Positions 1 through 12,272 of a stretch of DNA of 64,000 bases are shown in pieces. Numbering within the stretch: the stretch's first letter is position 1; each line of letters begins with the position of its first letter. The stretch covers positions 29,512,001 to 29,576,000 of the forward strand of contig NC_043004.1 in assembly GCF_006345805.1 (NCBI RefSeq), in the 5' to 3' direction. Made by a program: the position numbers and the translations under genes. The stretch comes from Octopus sinensis (lineage: Eukaryota). The notes under the pieces are model-generated. The model did no database searches. It was given only the letters and a program-made list of their open reading frames with translations, and was not told the origin of the DNA.

Positions 1-640
1 GAAGTAGCCGCCCAAAAATGTAATCAAAGTACTACCTCCCCTTGTGGCACGATGTTGCCGCAAATGCAATATACAATGCAATTCGGAAAAAAAAATCTGT
101 TCTCGAATAAATATAGAGAATCCCCCTTTTATTTTGAATACGTACACAAACACAACACAGGTAATATTGGTGGAACATTTCCATCAAAACATTTGTCAAG
201 TACAAACGTAACAGGCCGGGTATTGTTTGGGATAGGCAAGAAAAATTACGTACCGTCGTAGAGGTCAGCAATCCTGCTGATGTGAGTATCTCTTTAAAAA
301 TCAAAGAGAAAGAGGATAACTATGAACAACTGCTTAGGAACCTCCAGTTTCTATATCCAGATTACAAATCCATATTTATACCAATGATAACTGGTGCATT
401 AGTTTTGTGAGTAAATGCCTAAGCGACAACCTGGATAAGTTGGGGGTTTTCGGAAAAAGAATCCAACCAACTAACTCGCACATTACAAATGCAATCTGTA
501 AGTGGAACTGTAAAATTATGCAAAACTGTCCTAAAATTTAAAATGTGATATTATTTTTATTATCTACATTTCAACGATGGATCTTTGTATCTTTGTTAGA
601 AACTAGATCCTTCCTCAGAGGAAGAATTTGAATAATTACA
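1..640 (+). mobile_element. 3' end of an RLE-type non-LTR retrotransposon (R2/R4/NeSL-like), decayed
   Basis: Frameshifted translation gives HKHN then YWWNISIKT..RNRPGIVWDRQEK..VVEVSNPADVSISLKIKEKEDNYEQLLRNLQFLYPDY, typical of a restriction-like endonuclease domain. The ORF ends near 548, then a short 3'UTR abuts a (CA)n tract. Confidence 0.75.
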
Positions 641-660
641 AACAGAAGAAATACATACAT

Positions 661-661
<1 letters not shown>

Positions 662-726
<65 letters not shown>
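662..726. repeat. (CA)n microsatellite
   Basis: Direct reading. Confidence 0.98.
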
Positions 727-729
<3 letters not shown>

Positions 730-760
730 GAAAACGTGATATTATTTTACAGGAATTTAT

Positions 761-1252
761 TCCAGTAGATCCAACAACATGATAGTCTGACCTGCAAGAA
801 ATAACAGCTAAATCACCCTCAAATTACACCCTATTATTCTAAACACAAGGACGAACGCATCTGATAATATAGTCCCAAGTACACTTATGAATAATAGATT
901 AAGATAGGTGCTTACAGCCTGATATCTTTGATCATAAATCTTGGCTGATCTTGCAACAACAACAACAAACAGCAACGACAATAGAACAATTCCTGTTTAA
1001 CAGTCCAGTAGATCCAACAACATGATAGTCTGACCTGCAAGAAATAACATAACACGCTAAATCACCCTCAAATTACACCCTATTATTCTAAACACAAGGA
1101 CGAACGCATCTGATAATATAGTCCCAAGTACACTTATGAATAATAGATTAAGATAGGTGCTTACAGCCTGATATCTTTGATCATAAATCTTGGCTGATCT
1201 TGCAACAACAACAACAACAGCAACGACAATAGCAACAATTCCTGTTTAACAG
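761..1252. repeat. Near-identical tandem duplication, ~243-bp unit x2
   Basis: tccagtagatccaacaacatg...tcctgtttaacag occurs at 761-1003 and 1004-1252 with only small indels. Confidence 0.95.
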
Positions 1253-1866
1253 TAATTAGTTTCTTACGGGTTGGGAGTATATTACTATTTAGACGTGGTG
1301 GTCAAATGACCATCTCTACTTTTCTGAATGTCTCAGTGACATAAATGAAGCTTTTCCAGTGAGAAATCGAACCAGCAGCCGGCAATTTACTACTACACAA
1401 CGGTACTGCTGACGCTATGTCGATTTGTTCGACTAAAACCCTTCAAGGCGGTGCCCCATCATGGCCGCAGCCAAATGACTGAAACAAATAAGAAAAAAAT
1501 CTACTTTTCACTCTTTAATAAACTTTAATGATGTTCCTATTCTGTACCTGTTCAATCTTCATCGGCTTTACAAACCTCCAGCACAAAATTAGAATATTTC
1601 TTGACTCCCACCTCAAAAGAAAACTCAATAACAGGAACAACAACAGAAGCTCTGTCAACTCAGTTACTAATATCAACAACAATAACTACACAATTCTCAA
1701 GAGAACAAATTATAAATTCGTCTTCTAAAGAAATATTCTCTCTTTGATCCTCAGTGCAACGTTTTTCAATGTGATTACAAATTTAGTGTATTTTCACCAA
1801 CCACACATATGTTAAGTGTTTCGTTTATTTCTACCGGCTACATCTGACTATTTTGACTGAAATAAT

Positions 1867-2270
1867 CTTTTCTATTCTAGGCACAAAGCCCGAAATTTTG
1901 GGGGAGGGGTGGGGAGCCAATCGATTAGATCGACCCCAGTACGCAACTGGTACTTAATTTATCGACCCCGAAAGGATGAAAGGCAAAGTCGACCTCGGTG
2001 GAATTTAAACTCAGACCGTAAAGACAGACGAAATACCTATTTCTTTACTACCCACAAGACGCTAAACACAGATGAGACAAACAAGGATAGACAAACAGAT
2101 TAAGTCGATTATATCGACCCCAGTGCGTAACTGGTACTTAATTTATCGACCCCGAAAGGATGAAAGGCAAAGTCGACCTCGGCGGAATTTGAACTCAGAA
2201 CGTAACGGCAGACGAAATACCGCTAAGCATTTCGCCCGGCATGCTAACGTTCCTGCCAGCTCGCCGCCTT
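1867..2270 (-). mobile_element. Two tandem copies of tRNA-type SINE family A (the 1867-2040 copy lacks the head)
   Basis: Head AAGGCGGCGAGCTGGCAG on the minus strand ends at 2270; B-box-like GAGTTCAAATTCC; body shared with 5455-5629, 7371-7532, 21546-21749 and 31516-31747. Confidence 0.85.
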
Positions 2271-3429
2271 ATCTTGACTGAAATAATGTTGGAATAAGAA
2301 ATTGTGGCCGGAAAATAAGGCAAAATATTGCATTGTGCATGTTTTCCCGAAAGTATTACTGCTTGTTATTGTTACTCAGCACCAAGGCAACCCTGGTCGA
2401 GCAGACCTTGAGGTTAGATTTGCTTCAACTAGGAACTGAAACCTCAATCATGGACTTTATATTTTGTAATTGCAAATTACAAAATTTAATTTCTTTTGTT
2501 TAGTCACAAAGCTAAGCATTTGTCAAGTGGTAACTACTGATTTTATTTATAGATTGCTTCAACTATTTCTCAGTTACTAACTGTTCATATGGAAAAAGTA
2601 ATTATTTCCCCATCTCTCTCTCTCTCTCTCCCTTTCCCTCTCTCTCTCTTTCTCTCTCTTTCTTTCGCTGTTTTCTTTCTGTTCATTTGATACAGCTGTT
2701 GGTAATGATCTCTCTCTCCATTCCACTCCCTCCCCTTCCTCTCTCTTCTCTTCCACTCTACTTCTTCCTCTCTCTCCCTTCACTCTCTCCTTCTATCTCT
2801 CTCCTAGTTTCACTTTCCGTTGCATTTGGCACTATTAACATTTTCACGTGTCTTGTGCTGCTTAATTCAATAGAGTTCAGGTGCCTTTGGCGGGCCAAGC
2901 GCCATGTTTATCGCCATCTCCAGATCCACTGGCGCTTTTAGCGTAGAGTTTGTTTTATTGCATGTAGTCGGACCAGGCTTTTACCAATGAATTATTAAAA
3001 TTATTATCGTCATCTAACGGCGCCCCGATGCATACACTTCGCTAATGTCATCCGCGCGAACGTCACCAAGGACTACGAATCTGTAGGAAGCGGATTCTAA
3101 ATTGACACTGAGAGTTCTGAAAATATTCATACAAACTCTAACAAATTTACATATACTCTGGAAAATATACGATTTAACATGAAAAATAACAATGATATCA
3201 ACAGTTAGAACGGCATCAATACAAACAGAAATTACCGTTTCCTCTCTTCGTAACGACACAGGTCCCTTTGGAAAAGAATTCATTTAAAAATAAACGCTTC
3301 ACATAAAAATATCTTTCTAAATATATCACAAAAAAAAATTTTAATTCTACAATAACGGCATAAAAAACACATTTATAAAAGTAAAAGTCTTTATAATCAC
3401 ACAAGGCATTGTCGTAACAACACAGAAAA

Positions 3430-4970
3430 CATTCTCACTACTTAACGATACACCTCCCAGCATTCCAAATTATATTCAGTTTGATTGCTTGTGCAAAAAC
3501 GTGCATTCAGTCTATAGATATAGTAAATGACATTCGTAAATTAATGGGAAATCACAAGTAATTAAAGGCTTTCGAAATAAAAACTAGCTACATGGATAAT
3601 ATAAATCAATAACGTCAAAACTAAGCTTCTGTCATCCTGAACAATCCACACCAAAAACATAGACAAACACACGTACAACCGCCAAATTTCAAAAACAGAA
3701 GTCAGGAACGTAAAACTAAAACTGGGCATCTTTTCTCAAGATTATGATTTTAATTCTGTCTGCAAACCTAAAAGACAATAGGAAACGTAAAAACTCAAAA
3801 TCCTTAGGTCCAGACAAAATCCTAAACATACACCTAAAATAGTTAAGGGCCAGAAGGAATTACTGCACTCACAAGCATTTACCACTTTTCCGACCAATAT
3901 TGCAAAATTTCCAGAAAGGTCACTATTATAACAAATTTGAAATTCAACAAACCCCTAATGAAGTTATATCGTACAGACCATTATCTTCCCTATATACACT
4001 CTCAGAAATTCTAGGAAGGTTCGTCCTTTACATCACTAATCCACACATATTTGTAGCAAGTAAGCACTGACTTCTTAAGCATACTTCTGTCCACTGTTCT
4101 CGTAATCTAGTCTCAGAATTTATTTGTATCACTTGTCAATTCCGTTCATATCCTGCGTGAGACAGTGGTCATTTTAGATGGTTCATCCAATTTCATTGTA
4201 CGTTACATAGTCCAAGTCTAGAACAGCTCTAAATTTGAGCTGCTTGTTAAAAAACGCCATTCCCTTCTTTAGTTTTAGACAGTCTACTCCCGTCACTTTT
4301 CAGCACCTTCGCCGAGATTTTTCAGAAAAATAACTGACTACTACAAACTCCATGATTAGAGATACTCTGTCAAAACTGATTTACATTTGTATTTACTCCC
4401 AACTAATCGAAGTTGTTAAAGATTTCGTAACGGTTGGATAAAATCTTGCGTTAATTTATTTCCCTTCATCAAACTTCTTACCAATTATATTCAATCGTTA
4501 CACATTCTTCTGTTTAAATCACAAGATTTAAACAATTACACTCAACGACTACACTACTCACGGACCTAACAGAAAATACATGGTGGCTTCAATAACAAAA
4601 AAAACCCAGTTTTGTCTTGGTCTTTAACCTCTTCACAACAAACTATAATAAATTACTAAGAAGACAAAATAACGCACTATATATCATAACAACTTGTGCA
4701 CACACCACTATATATCATAATTTGCATACAAAACAATATACATCATAACAATTTGTACGTAGACTTCATGTGCAGACAATCTACACAACAAAAGCAATTG
4801 TTCGATAAAATGAAAAAAAACTTGGAAAAGCGAAGATCACATTTAGCAGCCGCAGTAAACATCAAGTCCCAGTGCCTGGGGCTTGATGCTTACTGCGTGA
4901 AAAGCTACCTTCAGAATACATGCATAAAACACACCAAAAGACTTCAATAACAACGTCTAAAAACCACAAG
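3430..4970 (+). mobile_element. Decayed I/Jockey-like LINE reverse transcriptase fragments with a ~350-bp insertion (4070-4420)
   Basis: Remnants resembling SLGPDKI..IHLK and SYRPLS..S.ILGR at 3800-4030, plus RT C-terminal-like sequence at 4430-4970; many stops. Confidence 0.5.
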
Positions 4971-5269
4971 ACTCTCTGTTGTCTCTCTCTCTCTCTCTCT
5001 CTCTCCCTCTCTCTCTCTCTCCCTCTCTCTCTCTCCCTCTCTCTCTCTCTCGCTCTTTCAACCCACATAAGTATAAAAACAACCTATCCTCGCAGAAATA
5101 GTTGTAACATCAAGAGCTTCAGCAACCCAAAACACTGTCCTAGCATTCACTCCACGAATAATAATGGTAGTCTCTCGCAGTCCGAGAAAGGCGTTTCTGC
5201 AATTTCTTGCTGAACAACCCACACAAATGATTTGTTTACAGTACATAGCTCACTCTCTCTCTCTCTCTA

Positions 5270-5450
5270 TCAAACCAACGTCGCCTAAACAGGTACACGG
5301 TGTACCACACTTCAGGTGTTGAAGTGATCGTAGAGCAACGTGAGATGAAGTGTTTTGCTCAAGAACACAACGCATCACCCGGTCCCGGAATTGAAACCAC
5401 GATCTCACAATCATGTGTGCAACACCCTAACCACTAGGCCATGTGCCCTC
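5270..5450 (-). mobile_element. tRNA-type SINE (family D)
   Basis: Minus strand GCACATGGCCTAGTGGTTAGG...GGTTTCAATTCC gives an A/B-box-like head. Confidence 0.7.
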
Positions 5451-5454
5451 ACTA

Positions 5455-5629
5455 TTCTTTTCTACTCTAAGCAGAAGGCCCGAAATTTTGGGGTAGGGGG
5501 CCAATCGACCCCGAAAGGATGAAAGACAAAGTCGACCTCGGCGGAATTTGAACTCAGAACATAAAATCAGACGAAATATCGCTAAGCATTTCGCCCGGCG
5601 TGCTAACGTTTCTACCAGCTCGCCGCCTT
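5455..5629 (-). mobile_element. SINE family A copy
   Basis: Matches 2041-2270. Confidence 0.85.
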
Positions 5630-6635
5630 ATGCATCCTCACTATCCACGAATAATAGGCACTAAGGAATTGCAACAGTCGCGCTCCGTCCTACCCGCTTT
5701 TATTGAAACCGCCACCAGAATCTACAAGGGTAGAGAAAGAGAAAGGGGGAGACAGAGAAAGAGGGGAGACAGAGAGAGAGAGGAAGACAGAGAGAAAGGG
5801 AGAGGGAGAGCAATATGTCCACACTGCCACATCATACGATTTCATCACCACATGTCGGAATGTGCAGTAGGGTCTTCAATAAAATTAGACACTGTTCAAC
5901 TGGAAAGATGTATCTGTGGGCTGCCCCTCATCGGTCAGATGACTCACTGTACGCCATAGATCAAGTTTGGCAGGAGATAACAACAACAACAACAACAATA
6001 ACGCTGTTTCACCAAAGTCAAAGATCCATTAGTGATTACAAAGTGCTGATGGTATTGTTATGCTTAACAGTGCATTGTTCTCTGTCATTCTTCCAAAAGC
6101 AGTGTTGTATTTATAACCAGTTGAAGAGTTGATAACGTTTAATACAGTCCATTGTTGGCTGTAACTGTCCTGCGACAGCATCACATCTATAAACCAGTGA
6201 ATGTTTATCTCTATACATTAACATCACAATCGCTTATAACTAGAGCAACTATTATCTGTCTGCACACTCCAAGTAGTTTTATTACTTATTTACTGTTTAT
6301 GCTCTACCATAATCTGCGTATGTGTGTTGCTTAGTTACATGTATGTATGTGTGTAGTTGAGTTGGGGCGGGGGGGTACTGTTCGATATTCTATCTGATAA
6401 TTCTATATTTTTCTATTCAGAATATCAAAAAGATGCTATTATAAAAATAGTCCATTGACGATAAATTTGAAAAGCGAAAAAAATTCATGAAATGTCTTCA
6501 CAAAAGTTGATGCATAATGGATCAGTCCTCTCAAACGTACAAAATAGAATCATATAACATTCTTAGAAATCTAAGCAGAAGACAAAGCGATAGTGTTTTA
6601 TTACTAGTCTTTCTTAGATATGATAGTCTAATGCA

Positions 6636-6653
6636 GATAGATAGACATAGATG

Positions 6654-6731
<78 letters not shown>

Positions 6732-6771
6732 CAGATAGATAGACAGACAGACAGACAGAGAGATAGACAGG

Positions 6772-6823
<52 letters not shown>

Positions 6824-6828
6824 CAGAC

Positions 6829-6902
<74 letters not shown>

Positions 6903-7120
6903 GCAGACAGACAGACAGATGGACAGACAAACAGACATCTAGATATATAGACAGACAGACAGACAGGTGGTTGGGTGTACGTACATAATGTTGTTGTTGT
7001 TGTTGGTGGTTGGTGGTGGTGGTGGTGGTGGTGGTGGTGGTGGTGGTGGTGGCGGCGGTGGTGGTGGTGATGGTGGTGGTGGTGGAGGTGATGGTGGTGG
7101 TGGTGGTGGTGGTGGTGGCG
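6636..7120. repeat. Compound microsatellite (GATA)n/(GACA)n followed by (TTG)n/(GGT)n
   Basis: Direct reading; explains the low-complexity ORFs at 6531-7255. Confidence 0.97.
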
Positions 7121-7370
7121 GTGTGTGTGTGTTTCAATTTTCTCAGTTTTGTTGGTGTATATATTTATGCCTACAAGTCATTTAGTAAGAGGAGAAAAGG
7201 CAGCACTCGTAACAACTTTTCAGCGCTACCGTCACTCCTCACCAAAATTCTGTAGTTTGTATATGAAATAGTTTGTATGGTCCACGTCATAAATCGATGT
7301 ATAAATTTTTTCATCTAAACACTTATGTACGCAATATGTATTTTATCTAGGCATTATATATAGCCTAATT

Positions 7371-7532
7371 AAGGCGGCGAGCCGGCAGAATCGTTAGCAC
7401 GCCGGGCGAAATGCTAACAGTATTTCGTCTGAGTTCAAATTCCGCCGATGTCGACTTTGTCTTTCAGGATCGATAAATTATATACCAGTGAAACACTAGG
7501 GTCGATGTAATCGACTATCCCCCTCCCCCAAA
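7371..7532 (+). mobile_element. SINE family A copy, internally deleted
   Basis: Begins aaggcggcgagccggcagaatcgttagcacg. Confidence 0.85.
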
Positions 7533-8463
7533 TTATATACTGCTAATTTTAGATTTTTTTGATGTGTGTGTGTGTGTGTCTGTTTTATCATTTAGTAAGA
7601 GGAGAAAAGGCAGCACTCGTAACAACTTTTCAGCGCTACCGTCACTCGCGAGAGGAAAAGATGAAGTTATTTTCAACCCAGATGCCTCATCAACAGAATA
7701 GACGAGGAACTGTTTTCATCTGATGGAATTAAATTACTTCTATACAACTTCACGTCTTTTGTGGCACCTAACGTGGATTTCTGGATAATTTGTCTTCAGT
7801 TCTCCCTCTAATGCTGTGATTCTTTCACCTTCAAGTACCTTAGTGTGAGGTAATTCAACCCCCTGCTCACATTGCCATATGGGGAGCATTGAGGCTCCCT
7901 AAAATTTTGACGTGTCAAGGGACAGGTTTCAATTACTGCTAAAGATATAAATTAGACTGTTGCTAATAAAAAGAACGGAATCTGTCAATAATGTACTTAT
8001 TGATATATGTTAATAAGACGGTTATTCACACCATATACTAAGGCAACATAACTAATGACAGTGTTGATAATTGTCTGATAACTGTCTTTCTCTCCAGTAA
8101 ATATAGTTGATAAGTAGCTCAAGATCCTCAGTTTGATTCCACTGCGTGGCATCTTGGGCAAATGTCTTTAACCAATTCTTTGGATCGATTTGTATCTTGT
8201 GGGTGACGTCGAGTAGACGGAAACTAGGGTTGCTCGTCGAATGGATTGTACCCGTAATTGAAAAGCACGGTCTTTATCACACATTGCTTCACGCTGATTC
8301 AGTCTGAGAATTAAGATAAGAGAACACATGTCTGTAGCGATTTGTTTCCTTCCCCTCTTGAAATGCGACTGAGCTTTCTTTCCAACTAAATATTTACTAT
8401 TTATGGATAGAAATACAGCAAAACTGCTATCGCTCTTGTTACCGATAATGCTGCTGCTGCTGC

Positions 8464-8495
<32 letters not shown>

Positions 8496-9089
8496 ACGAC
8501 GACGACGACGATGATGCTGATTTAAATAGTTTTATGGCAACGTAGTGAGGTCTGTGTCTCTCCGTCATCTTTCATCTTTCAATATATCTCCATACCATCC
8601 TTTCATGTTGTCCCTACCCTAATATTTCTGTTAGCACCCTCCCCATCGGTGACATGACACTTCACTACACCACTCCACACACCACATCCCTGTATGTCGT
8701 ACGTCACATTTTACACAAACAGATCACAGCCGCAGATATTAGGACGATTCATCATTATTCTTGGAATTTCCTCACCCTCCAGCATCAATAAACTTTTTTT
8801 CATTTTTTTAATTCTTCCCGCTATTCCTCACACTACCTCCTCCCTCCCATTTAATCTTTCTTTTATTTTCCTCTTGCTTCTTTCATCTGTGACAGACATT
8901 TTTTTCTTTTTTTTTATGTCGATATCTCGATAGGACGGAACACTTCTACACATCGGGAAATACTTTCGGAGATATTCCTAGAATGGCTCTTTTATCTAAA
9001 CATTAGAGAGGGTTAGATTTGCCACCGTCGAATGTGAGATGGGCGGGAACATAGGCAAATGCAGACAATCCAAATAATTGTTAAAGTCG

Positions 9090-9326
9090 TAATTAGTGGT
9101 TGCCGCATTTAAATCAGTCTAACCGGTGGTGGTCACAGTCAGATATCTTTAATAGGTGGTAGCCACATTTAAATTCATTTAATAATGTGTATCCACATTT
9201 AATTCTAATAGAAGGCAGCCATAGAATTCTAACAGAAGGCAGACTTAATTGGTAGTAGCTGCATTTAAATCTAACAGGTGGTAGTCATATTTAAGTATAT
9301 TTAATAGGTGGTGGCAACATTTAAAT
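9090..9326. repeat. Degenerate ~25-30-bp minisatellite (taataggtggtagccacatttaaat-like)
   Basis: ggtggt...catttaaat recurs about 7 times with variation. Confidence 0.75.
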
Positions 9327-9384
9327 CTATGGTTCAGATTTCACCTACTAAGTTAAAAAATAAGGCTGATGGGTCAGCATGGAT
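9325..9384 (-). ncRNA. Decayed type I hammerhead ribozyme (family C)
   Basis: Stem I AUCCAUG/CAUAGAU (6 of 7 pairs), CUGA.., stem II GCCU/AGGU, GAAA. The core (CUGACCC) and cleavage triplet (AAC) are mutated. Lies just 3' of a Penelope endonuclease remnant. Confidence 0.4.
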
Positions 9385-9479
9385 GTAGACATAGTCTATA
9401 AAATAGGCAGGTGTTAAGTACCATCCCCTTGTGTATGGAGAAACCAGGCCTATGGTGGTATATCTGGACTGTCGGCTGC

Positions 9480-9790
9480 CTGTGGCTTGAAGTTCATTAA
9501 CAGGGTGTACCTCAAGTGGAAATAGTAAGGTTGGTAGAGTATGTGTAGTTATTCGAGGAGGTAGAGTTGACAATTGCGATTCCAAGCGAATAAGGAGTAG
9601 CCCTGTCAATGATACTCCATTCGATGCTAGGGAAATCGTTCCGATGGTCACGAAGCCTTTCGAGAAAACGGAACAGAGATGTGAAGTTTTCCCTTTTCCT
9701 GCACCTGAAGGAGTGCAAACGTTGTGTGTAGGTTTCTTTGAAGTCATGCCCGTTTAGTGTCTTGTAATGCCACCAGATGGTGTGACAGTA
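9480..9790 (-). mobile_element. Penelope-like element GIY-YIG endonuclease C-terminal remnant
   Basis: HDFKETYTQRLHSFR..KRENFTSL...IEWSIIDRATPYSLG then, after a frameshift, RNCQLYLLE*LHIL; matches the Penelope FK.RY..H..SF / W.I.....PY / CxLC..EK..I pattern. Confidence 0.8.
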
Positions 9791-9800
9791 CACACGCGCG

Positions 9801-9815
9801 TATATATATATATAC

Positions 9816-9880
<65 letters not shown>
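9801..9880. repeat. (TA)n microsatellite
   Basis: Direct reading. Confidence 0.98.
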
Positions 9881-9884
<4 letters not shown>

Positions 9885-10673
9885 AAATTTAAAGGACTGA
9901 CCACTAAAAGTGAACAGTCAATATGCTAGATATAGACGTCAAAATCGTTATTTTCCACGAAGAATGTGTTCTCAAGAAAAAACTCAGCAAAAAACCAAAG
10001 TGTAAAAAATAAGCAAGACAAATGAAAATATACGAAACAAAAAACGATTACCTATGTACTAATTAGTTTCACTCGTTAATATTCACGTATATGTATACGC
10101 GAGCATCTGCAAGATCATCAGCATAGTCTGTCGTTTACAAATACAATTTCCAGAACTAGATATAGAATGCTTGACCGAAATCCCGCACGCATATAGTTCA
10201 ACAAATTATATTTATGTGTATCATTCAAATGCCTTCACTTTGGCGCGCTGAGATCGGAAATCTACTCTGCAGTTAATAAATTACAGCAGTCAATTTACCG
10301 GTTAGAGAACATTTTTTTATTATTATTTAAAATTAAATAAGGGTAGAAATTGATATTAATCAATTAAAACCAGTGGCCTAGCATATTAAAAAAATCCGAA
10401 GATTAAAATATTTTCTACATACAAAATTTAAAGGACTGATCACTATGCTAATAGCGATTTTGACGTCTATATCTAACATATTGACTGTCCACTTTTAGTG
10501 GTCAGTCCTTTAAATTTTGTATGTAAAAAATATTTTAATCTTCGGATTTTTCTAATATGCTAGGCCACTGGTTTTAATTGATTAATATCAATTTCTACCC
10601 TTATTCAATTTTAAATAATATTATAATAAAAAAATGTTCTCTAACCGGTAAATTGACTGCTGTAATTTATTAA
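9881..10673 (-). mobile_element. Non-coding Penelope/retrozyme-like element family B: 539-nt unit, partial tandem and inverted copy
   Basis: Unit start tacaaaatttaaaggactga at 9881 repeats at 10420; 10452-10673 is the reverse complement of [10272-10420 + 9881-9950]; contains a hammerhead. Confidence 0.7.
10052..10126 (-). ncRNA. Type I hammerhead ribozyme (family B)
   Basis: CUAUG-CUGAUGA-(UCUUGCAGAU)-GCUCG..CGUAUA CA UAUACG..CGAGU-GAAAC-UAAUUA-GUA^CAUAG: perfect 5-bp stem I, palindromic stem III, predicted cut between 10057 and 10056. Confidence 0.8.
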
Positions 10674-10675
10674 CC

Positions 10676-10960
10676 AGTGGTTAGGGCAGCGGACTCGTGG
10701 TTGTAGGATCGCGGTTTCGATTCCCAGACCGGGCGTTGTGAGTGTTTATTGAGCGAAAACACCTAAAGCTCCACGATGCTCCGGCAGGGGGGGGGCGATC
10801 CCTGCTGTATTCTTTCGCCGCAACTTTCTCCCACTCTTTCTTCTGTTGGCCTGCTCGCTTAGCCAGCGGGGTGGCGTCATTTGAAGGCTAAAACAATGTG
10901 AAGTGCATTGTGACCAGCGATGTGTAGCAACATCTGATAGCCTGATCGGTCACGGTGATC
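10676..10960 (+). mobile_element. tRNA-type SINE family C
   Basis: gtggttagggcagcggactc...ggtttcgattcc head; related copies at 16105-16290 (-) and 25548-25808 (+). Confidence 0.8.
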
Positions 10961-10963
10961 ACG

Positions 10964-10998
<35 letters not shown>

Positions 10999-11001
<3 letters not shown>

Positions 11002-11157
11002 CGTAGGTGTGTAGTAAGAAGGTTGCTTCCCAACCACATGGTTCCGGATTCAGTCTTACTGCATGACACCTTAGGCAAGTGTCTTCTGCTATAGTCACGG
11101 GCCGACCAAAGCCTTGTGAGTGGATTTGGTAGACAGAAGCTGAAAGAAGCTCGTCGT

Positions 11158-11158
<1 letters not shown>
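10999..11158 (+). mobile_element. tRNA-type SINE family B
   Basis: ggcgtagg...aaccacatggttccggattcagtc...gggccgaccaaagccttgtgagtggatttggtagac; many copies in the window. Confidence 0.85.
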
Positions 11159-11192
<34 letters not shown>

Positions 11193-11271
11193 AAGTGGAG
11201 TTGTAAGGTACCGCACGAGTGGAATTATATATGAAAGAAGGTTTGAAAATGCAATTTTAAAAGATGTTTAT

Positions 11272-11317
11272 TTACTTTACCGGTTTCCCTTTTTTAGAAA
11301 AAGATTGTCAAAGGTAA
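11272..11317 (-). ncRNA. Minimal type I hammerhead, U3-A8 core variant (family D, left copy)
   Basis: UUACCU-UUGACAA-UCUUUUUCUAAAAAAGG-GAAAC-CG-GUA^AAGUAA; 6-7-bp stem II, stem I 5 of 6 pairs. Confidence 0.65.
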
Positions 11318-12187
11318 CATGTAAAAGCTTGGTTGTGTTAGTTACTGGTTGTCACAAAATATTATAAAATATATATATATTATTTGATAATAAGAACATG
11401 TTAAGAACAGTTTACAAGGGAAAATCTTGGGAAAATATAAAAAAGTTTAACAAGTTCATTAAAATATTGGGCACAAAAGATTACAATATATATATACATT
11501 TTTAAGAAAATGTTAAAGACATTTCCAGAAAGAATAATCAAAAAGTTCAGTGGAATATTGGCATTGTATCTGTATATATATATACACAGAATATTATAAG
11601 TTCAAAAAAGTTTACATTTTAGTAGTAGGGTAGTTTTAACTGACCTGATTCACCATGTTATCGTAAAAGACTATTTTTTTATTTCAAGGGACAGTGTAGG
11701 TGTGTTTGGGTGGGGGGAAGGAAGAGTAATGTGGAATTGAAAAGAAGTTTTTTGTTTCTCTTTCAAGTATCGATGATTTGGGGGATTGGTTTTAGAGGTC
11801 AGAATGGTGTGAGTGGGTGTGTCTTTGTATGTGTGTATATATATATACATGTGTTTGTGTTTGTGTGTGTGGGTCGTTTTTGATTGGTCCCAGAGTTTAT
11901 TGTGGTGTAAATAGATGTGTCTGTGTGTGTTTTTAAAATTTGGTAGGATGGTGTGTGTATATGTGTGCCCGTTTGTGTGTGTGTATGTGTGTGGTTAATG
12001 TTTGTTAGTGTGTTGTGTGTGCGCTAGTGTCTGTATGTGTGTATGTGGGCATCTATGGGTGCGTGTGTATTCTTGTGTATTTTGTGTTGGTGGGGATATT
12101 ATGTGTGTGTAGGTGTATCAAAGAATGTATATATATATTGTAATATTTTGTGACAACCAGTACCTAACACAACCAAACTTCTACATG

Positions 12188-12233
12188 TTACTTTTGACAA
12201 TCTTTTTCTAAACATGTGAAACCGGTAAAGTAA
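12188..12233 (+). ncRNA. Minimal type I hammerhead, U3-A8 core variant (family D, right copy)
   Basis: UUACUU-UUGACAA-UCUUUUUCUAAACAUGU-GAAAC-CG-GUA^AAGUAA; perfect 6-bp stem I, weakened stem II. Confidence 0.6.
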
Positions 12234-12272
12234 ATAAACATCTTTTACAATTGCATTTTCAAACCTTCTTTC

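Noticed and set aside
1867-2270. tRNA genes
   Set aside because: A/B-box-like heads belong to multi-copy SINEs and no cloverleaf forms
6531-7255. Long ORFs (SIYL, poly-T/G/V repeats)
   Set aside because: Translations of GATA/GGT microsatellites
9090-9326. CRISPR-like array
   Set aside because: Units are degenerate with no constant repeat and unique-spacer pattern, and the context is eukaryotic
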